Positions 56,979-64,000 of a stretch of 64,000 nucleotides of DNA are shown here, piece by piece. The stretch spans positions 11,718,001-11,782,000 of the forward strand of contig OX597818.1 in assembly GCA_951406725.2 (NCBI GenBank). The letters run 5' to 3'. The notes under the pieces were generated by a model, which had not been told where the DNA came from, made no database searches, and worked only from the letters and a program-made list of their open reading frames with translations. How positions within the stretch are numbered: position 1 is the first letter of the stretch; the number at the start of each line of letters is the position of its first letter. The translations under genes and the position numbers were made by a program. This DNA is from Octopus vulgaris (lineage: Eukaryota).

Positions 56979-59054
56979 AAGTATTCTTCTTGCTCACCTG
57001 AATAAATTCCTTCTCAAATTTTGGTGTGTTTTCCGTTTTGGAAAAGTGGCAAACTAAAAATGGAGATAAGTTTTACGAGACAGATGCAGCAGAAGTGCTA
57101 TTAGCAGAATATGGATCTCGTTCAGGTTTTCATTGCTCTAATAAAAACCTTCCATACTTTGAATAGAGCATCCCTGTGAAAAATACTCAGCAAGATAAGT
57201 TTTCTAGTTCACTTCAAAAATTACGATGAAATGGAAGCAATGTTAGTGGAAATGCGGTTGTACACATTCCTCTAGAAAATGATATAATACAAAATCACAC
57301 ACCGAACTCTCTTTTCTTTGTATTTTGTCGTTGAGCTCCTTAATGCTTTGCCATCTATTGATCTTCTGAGGTATATATGAGGTATCAATGCCTTGATTGT
57401 CTCATCAATTTGCAGCATATAGCTGCAGAAATCTTCCAATAATTTATTTGTGATTTCCATTACACTGATAACCGCCACTTGGTTTCACATACTGTTGAAT
57501 ACTTACAAATTCTAATGATTCCTATTTTTGCACCTTATAAGATATTTAAGCTTAGCATCAGCTGGACAACACTGTTGTAATGTTCCAGTCCTGCTCCAGA
57601 AAACACATGAAATCATTTGTCTACAGAGACAGAGCTACATATTGGAACGTTCTTGCTCGTTGGATTGTAAAATATCTCTATGGATTCACAAAACAATTGG
57701 TTCTTCCAAGGTCCTTGAGTCCTATGTCTGGTGCCGTTCCCCGTGTATTTACAATCCATTTTTACTCGTGTAGAACATGGGTTCTTTGCTGGCAACATGT
57801 AAAGGTACTTGGGCGCTTTTATAACAGATTTTTAAGGCATCTTCTGAATGCCAGCTGACCTCATAGGCTCCAGACGCAAAGATAGTTTGAAGAGTAATAG
57901 TCTTAAGCATTTCTTGCAAAAACACAAGCATTGTTTACGTTCAACCGGACATTGTGTACGAATGAATAGTCGGGGAATCCCAAAACAGTTGCTGCGGCAA
58001 GAACTTGTACATGGAAGACACATTCGGTGCGAAGTAAAGCAAGTCTGCAGTTTAAGAACTGTGAAGTCTTCCTTGAAACATTTAAAATGATTGTATTCAA
58101 TTGGGAAATAATATCAAACCGCAATCAATGAAGAAAATGAATAAAAGGTGGTGCAGTTCGATGATTTAAGGAAGCTGCAAGAAAACGCACAATTCGAGAC
58201 GTGATTGAAGCTTCGTATGTGATTTTTGTGATCGTATAGGCTCTGGTTGGCACGCACATCTCAGAGCAGCTATATATGGTGGATATGTTTTTTAGGACAA
58301 TTATGTTTGGGGTTCATATCTAGATGGATGAATCTCACTGCATTAAAGCAAATTAGGGGACTTTTATGCAGTTTTTTTAATATCAGCTACAATCTTACAG
58401 TACACACCCTACCGAAGTTCTTACATAATTTCCTCCTGTATGTTGTACAGGCTATGTTTAGTTAAATATAAATCTTTAAAGAGTTAAATCTGCAATATAA
58501 CATCAAGTACAGGCATTGAGTTGGCAGAATCTTCAGAATGTCTGAGAAAAATTACTTATAGTATTAAAGTTTATTCTTTGCGTTTTGGGTTCAAATTATG
58601 CCAACTTTTGAATTTAAACTCCGAGGATCTATAAAATTAACTATCAGTTAGGATTTATGCTTCTATAATGCATTGTAGACGCAAGTGCAATTATAATAGA
58701 AAACAAAAACAAATAAACAAGCCTTTTCTCTCAACACAAGCTTAATGATTCTGGTAGTGGCTATTGTTTAGCCCAAGGTTATCTAAATTCAGCGGTTCTA
58801 TAATCAAAGACGTTTTAGTTTTGATCATCTCATCTTTTATTCAGATGTAATTTATGACTACATTGTTAAATGTGTCCTTCATTTAAAAATATAGAAAGAC
58901 TCGATTTGAGGGAGATATGACAACTATTTGTAGATAATTGAATAGTCAAATAACTATTCTAGTAACTACGTCGTGCAACTGATTTCAAGATTCATATAGG
59001 TAACCGAAGAAGTCAGAATAATACCGAAACACATCTAGAGATATTTCCCGTTGA

Positions 59055-59286
59055 GAAAATTAATTTAGTCATTAAAAAACAATATTTTCTAGTGTCCCAT
59101 ATTCATTTCTCTTAGTTTTAAAATATTTTATGCCTTACATGTTAACATAAAATTACTGCAAATTACTTCGTAGATAAAATTAAGTTCCTCATTAACAAAT
59201 AATATATTCTTGTGTCTCATTCATTTCTCGTAGATTTTCAATATTTTATGCCTTAAATCGGTTATCAGAAGATTACTGCAAATTAC
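59055..59286. repeat. Diverged ~120-bp tandem duplication
   Basis: ATTCATTTCTC..ATATTTTATGCCTTA..ATTACTGCAAATTAC occurs twice. Confidence 0.85.
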
Positions 59287-60461
59287 CTAGTTACAGTTGT
59301 TGTTCAGTTTCATGTCCTACTTGAGCAGACTCCTGACGTGATCGCCCTGTGTTTATATCAGAGACTACACTGTCTAGTTTGTCTTTTCTTCTTTTAAGAC
59401 GCTAGGATACGATATGAAGGAGACTTGGTTACTTTTTTTAGAAGATCAGGCAACCGCGTAGAGTTCACCTTGTAGGCATGTTGTATTCAGGTGATGTTTT
59501 ATCCTTGGTCAACCCTAATCAAGCAGATCTGTATAATCAAAGACGTTCCAGCCGTAACCATCCCACCTTTTTATATATTCAGGACTACTAAATGTTGCTC
59601 CTTCTCTAAAATAGTAGAGTTCTGATTTTCTAATTTGAGATAGAAATCCGCTATTATTTCTAACAGATTAAATAACCACGTATAAGCTCTCATTGGCTCC
59701 AAATTACTCAGTTCTCTGAAAATCAAGCAGGAATTATCTATACAAGCTCTTACTTTTGACATCTTAATGGGACCGGATAAACCGTAAATGGAACACTAGT
59801 TGTTTACGTATAAACCATTCATATAGGTTAAAATCTGACGAATAACCAATAACAAAAACTACAGTCATGCTTTGTATGATTAATTGTCCACGGGGCGTAA
59901 AATGAACACATCACCAAAACGGAATAGTTTCTGTTTAATTTTTCAGTCGCAGTTTTTCATAAAGTGTTTTCAACAGTTAAATTGTTTTATCTTTTTCACT
60001 GATTTCAGTCATTAGATTGCAGCCATTGAGGCTTTTTAATCAATTGTATCAATTTTAGTACTTTGGACATAAAGAGACGTGACTCAGATAGAGCGAAATC
60101 CCACAAGGGATTTTTGTTTGATGCACGTTTCTTTTATCCCATATGCATTAATGTTAGTGTGTATTCATCCATCAGTGAGATTCATCCATCAGTGAGATTC
60201 ATCCATCTAGTATATATATATATATAGTGTAATAAATAAAATATATACATACATACAAACATATACGTACCTACATCTACATGTATATATACATGCATAT
60301 ATAAATATATATACGTGTGTACAGGACACTACAAATAGACGTAGAACTCAAAACGAGAAACGAAAACGTAAAAACAGCATGGAACGGACCATTTTTTTAA
60401 CAACGAAAAAACAGAGTACAAGACAACTACACAAGGAAAAATCCCCTTCATCAGCTGTCCC

Positions 60462-61012
60462 TAGTTCAACTCCAGCGTGTTTCGAAGGTAAGGACAGAAC
60501 ACGTCTCGTCGAACCAATCCTTCCTGCGAAAGAATTAAATAAAATTCCTTTGCAGAGGGGTAAAAACAAGGGGGAAAAATGTGACAAAAACAGGACGTAA
60601 AAACAATACAATTAAAAACAAATACAAATAAAAATACAATTACAAAAAATACAGTACAAGAAGGAATAGAAACAGGACCACATCCGGGTCCTTTCGCCGG
60701 CGGCCTTATTCAAGTAAACATGTTTCTTCCTGCGCTCGTGAAAAAATAATTTTTTTTCCTCGTCTTGGCTTATAGGCCCTCTTTATTTGTTTTCCTGTCC
60801 TGTTTCTATTCCTTCTTGTACTGTATTTTTTGTAATTGTATTTTTATTTGTATTTGTTTTTAATTGTATTGTTTTTACGTCCTGTTTTTGTCACATTTTT
60901 TTCCTTGTTTTTACCCCTCTGCAAAGGAATTTTATTTAATTCTTTCACAGGAAGGATTAGCTCGACGAGACGTGTTCTGTCCTCACCTTCGAAACACGCT
61001 GGAGTTGAACTA
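60462..61012. repeat. ~217-bp inverted repeat with ~118-bp spacer (Penelope-like inverted end)
   Basis: 60462-60678 is the reverse complement of 60797-61012 with few mismatches; left arm continues to ~60320 next to (TA)-rich DNA. Confidence 0.92.
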
Positions 61013-61157
61013 CCCTTTATTTGCTAATTATTAGCTCAATACAACCTATTACCCACTGGCCAAGGTTTATACCAATAGTAATAATTAAATGATATTCAGT
61101 CTTTTGAGATGATTTGGAAACATAACATCTAACAACCTAACGGTATGTCTTTTCTAC

Positions 61158-61240
61158 TTCTCTGATGAGAATTTTCCCAATTAAAATATTTTAATTACTG
61201 GAATTTAATTCTTTGGGCAAAATCGAAACAGCTGTAAGAG
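61158..61240 (+). ncRNA. Type I hammerhead-like motif with canonical core and extended stem II
   Basis: ttct-CTGATGA-GAATTTTCCCAA..TTGGGCAAAATC-GAAAC-AGCT-GTA-agag. Confidence 0.72.
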
Positions 61241-61699
61241 AATATGTTGAATTTTTGCAGTTAATAGATTATATTAGTGCTACATCTCCATTTTCTGAAT
61301 TTTAATTTGTATATATATATATACGCTAGCGCGCACACATACAAACACGCACATACACACACACACACACATGCACACACATACAGGCACGCATAAACTC
61401 ACACATACGTGTATAGCATTTAATATTTTTGCATTTACTGCCGTGTTTGCCCTCGCTGGGCAAAATGTTAAGTGGCATTTCATCGGTCTTTATATTCTAA
61501 GTTCAACTTCAGTCGAGGTCGACTCCGCCTCTCATCCTCTCGGAGTCATTAAAAATAAACACCAGTTGAGCGCTGGGGTCGATGTAATCAACTTACTCTT
61601 ACCTCCACTCCACCAAAATTGCTGGCCTTATACCAAAATTTGAAACCAATATATTTGTTTTACGTTCTACTTTTAATTTTTTTTTTATTTTGGTTGTTG

Positions 61700-63185
61700 T
61701 TTTGCTTCGTTCCATGTAATTACCCTTGTGTCCATGTAAGATTTTGGGGGATCTACGCAACAAAATACTAAATTGGGGATCCATAATAGTATTTTAAGGG
61801 CCCCTGAAAAAAGTTTGCTTTAGATGTATGTATTGGTATGTATTGCAAGAAACAGCTCGGTTTCTTTAACATTTTAAATAGTTCAACCTACACAAGTTAA
61901 TGGGTGTGTAGAGAAAATACGACCGTGCGTAAGGAGTTGGTGACAGAGTGTCTCCTTTAAACGCCGCACGGTCGCCCTAACAAAGAAGAGAAGCCTGATA
62001 CATGATATAAAGATAAAGTGCCAAAAGAAATAATGAGGACGACAAAACCGTTCTACTGTTTGAGAGAGAAGAAAACTTTATTTACAGATCTGTACAATAA
62101 GATAAAGTATGGGTGCTAGCAAAGTGAAGTGTCCGTGTCTGTGTGTTCGTGTGTGTGCAGAATGCAATACAGAGAGTAGAAGAAAAGAGCTTGTCATGTT
62201 ATTTTAGACAAAACTGAGTTAATTTACCAGCTCGTAGTAAGGTTACACAAAAGTAATAGTTCTGTAACAGGATGTTGGAGTCACAAGTGCAGAATGCCGG
62301 TTGAACACATGTTGTGTAGCGGTTAGGGCTTCAATGCTGTGCCAGGTCTCTTGATACAGGAATTCTTGCAGATTGAGTTAAGCTGTTAACCTTGGTGAAA
62401 ATCACAACAGCGAGAAAGCTAAACCTGAGCGAGTGCTGCGTACGTATTGCTGAAGTCGACGGTGGTGGACACGACGTGAAATTGAAGGACGACGATGGTG
62501 ATGGCGATGGCAGAGAAAGGCGTCGTCGAAATGCAGGCGACGGATGTGGAGAGCGTTCTGCGTTGCTGGTGTATGTTAGCGTCGTCACAGCTGGAGATGG
62601 AACATGGCTGGCTGGCTGGCTGGCTGGTCTGGTCGTCTGTCGCTGGAACTGGAATTGGCTGAGTAGGTCTGTGGTCAGAAGTTAGTCCTGAAAAGGACTA
62701 GAAACAAAGACGGGTATTGCTGGAGCATGGTTGAGTCGCTCTGTGGTCAGAGGTTAGTCCTGAAAAGGACTAGATCCCAAGACGAGATATCGTGAATGCT
62801 GGGGCCTTTTTATAACCTGCTAAAGGCTCCAGTGAGACCTCAAGAGACTGTGTCATGGGACCTTATCCGAAGGCCGTGAGTGGTTGGCTTACACACTGGC
62901 GCGAAATAAGTCAAGAGACAAACTGCGCTAAATGCCAACTAATCAGGGCAGTGGACACCACAGGGTCAAAATAGCCGAAGATGGTTGCTATCTAACACGA
63001 GATCATTTCTAATATATCTCTCAAACAGTGAGAGTATCACCCACGCTACAGGTGAAAAGCAAAATAAAAATTTTGAAAGAAGCTTCTATAAAACTAGTTT
63101 TTAAACATCGAATGGCTATGGGGGTCCACCAGAATAAAATAGTAATCAAAGGGGTCCATAGATAAAAATGGGTAAGAACCCTTGG
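61700..63185. mobile_element. Decayed hAT-like non-autonomous element hosting the solo LTR
   Basis: Repeated GGGG(A)TCCA subterminal motifs at both ends; right end GGTAAGAACCCTTG resembles a Buster TIR; left TIR not found. Confidence 0.5.
61907..62962 (-). mobile_element. Solo LTR (1056 bp)
   Basis: TGTAG..CCACA termini; flanks GGGTG/GGGTC; minus-strand TATAAAAA (~62810) and AATAAA (~62080); higher GC than flanks. Confidence 0.72.
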
Positions 63186-63382
63186 TCTAAACGGTGAAAT
63201 AAATGGAAATATCTTTAAAACAAAACCTACTTTATTTTCCATCCCCCATGCGGAGTAGACATTCAAAAATCTTTAATATTACTACCTGTCTTAAAATGTC
63301 TGTCGTCAAACTTGAAAAAACATTGAACATAATGAACGTGTCACTGGATAATAATGATAATAATTATAATCCAATCTACTAT

Positions 63383-63601
63383 AGGCGCAAGCCGGGAATT
63401 TTGGCGGTGGTGTGGAATGGATTTGTAGATTGCATCAACACCACGGCTTAACTGAAACTTAACTGGTACTCGGCTTAACTGGTACTCGAAAGGTTGAAAG
63501 CGAAATCGGCCTCGGCGAAATTTTAAGTCAAATCGTAAATCCGGAAGAAATGCCGCTAAGCGTATTGTCCTGCGTGCTAATAATTCTGCCAGCTTGCCGC
63601 C
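63383..63601 (-). mobile_element. SINE family A (diverged)
   Basis: Head GGCGGCAAGCTGGCAGAAT abuts (AAT)n. Confidence 0.75.
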
Positions 63602-63698
<97 letters not shown>

Positions 63699-63699
63699 C

Positions 63700-63778
<79 letters not shown>

Positions 63779-63798
63779 TTAATAATAATAATAATGAC

Positions 63799-63860
<62 letters not shown>

Positions 63861-63871
63861 TAATAATAATA
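63602..63871. repeat. (AAT)n microsatellite
   Basis: Direct reading. Confidence 0.97.
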
Positions 63872-64000
63872 ACGTACGAAGATACATTCTCAACACAAAA
63901 AAAATATCAGAAATAGAAATAGAACACCTAAAAGAAAACATACACCAGGAAAATGTAGATAGAAACCACACAACAATGCCCAATAATATAAACACTGAAA

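Larger units (their letters stand above)
54430..58260 (+). mobile_element. Decayed RTE-clade LINE split by a 2.16-kb insertion
   Basis: PGKDG, WKDAIMLPL, GNHRGIALL before 54821; QQKC.. and LRSTGHCVRMNSRGIPKQLLRQELVHGR after 56990. Confidence 0.82.

Noticed and set aside
62392-62685. 97-aa GC-rich ORF
   Set aside because: Lies inside the solo LTR, includes (TGGC)n, and has no domain motif.

Overview
AT-rich, microsatellite-saturated eukaryotic DNA with no intact protein-coding gene. The SINE repertoire and repeat landscape suggest a cephalopod (octopus-like) genome; this is inference. Nearly all long ORFs in the supplied track are microsatellite artefacts. Recognisable content: about 30 copies of four SINE families; decayed RLE-type (R4/Dong-like), RTE and CR1/L2 LINEs; a full-length frameshifted hAT/Buster transposon with an 8-bp TSD; three mariner derivatives; two non-autonomous Helitrons, one carrying a Merlin/ISXO2 transposase fragment; a solo LTR; and a TSD-flanked, ORF1-only L1/Tx1-like element. 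The strongest unexplained signal is about 8 minimal hammerhead-ribozyme-like motifs (5 near-intact, 3 degenerate) in sequence-unrelated short modules. Many lie beside (TA)n tracts or inside large foldbacks, as expected for Penelope-like/retrozyme-type elements. Two minus-strand exon candidates suggest the window may be intronic. Coordinates were read by eye; SINE and LINE edges are approximate.
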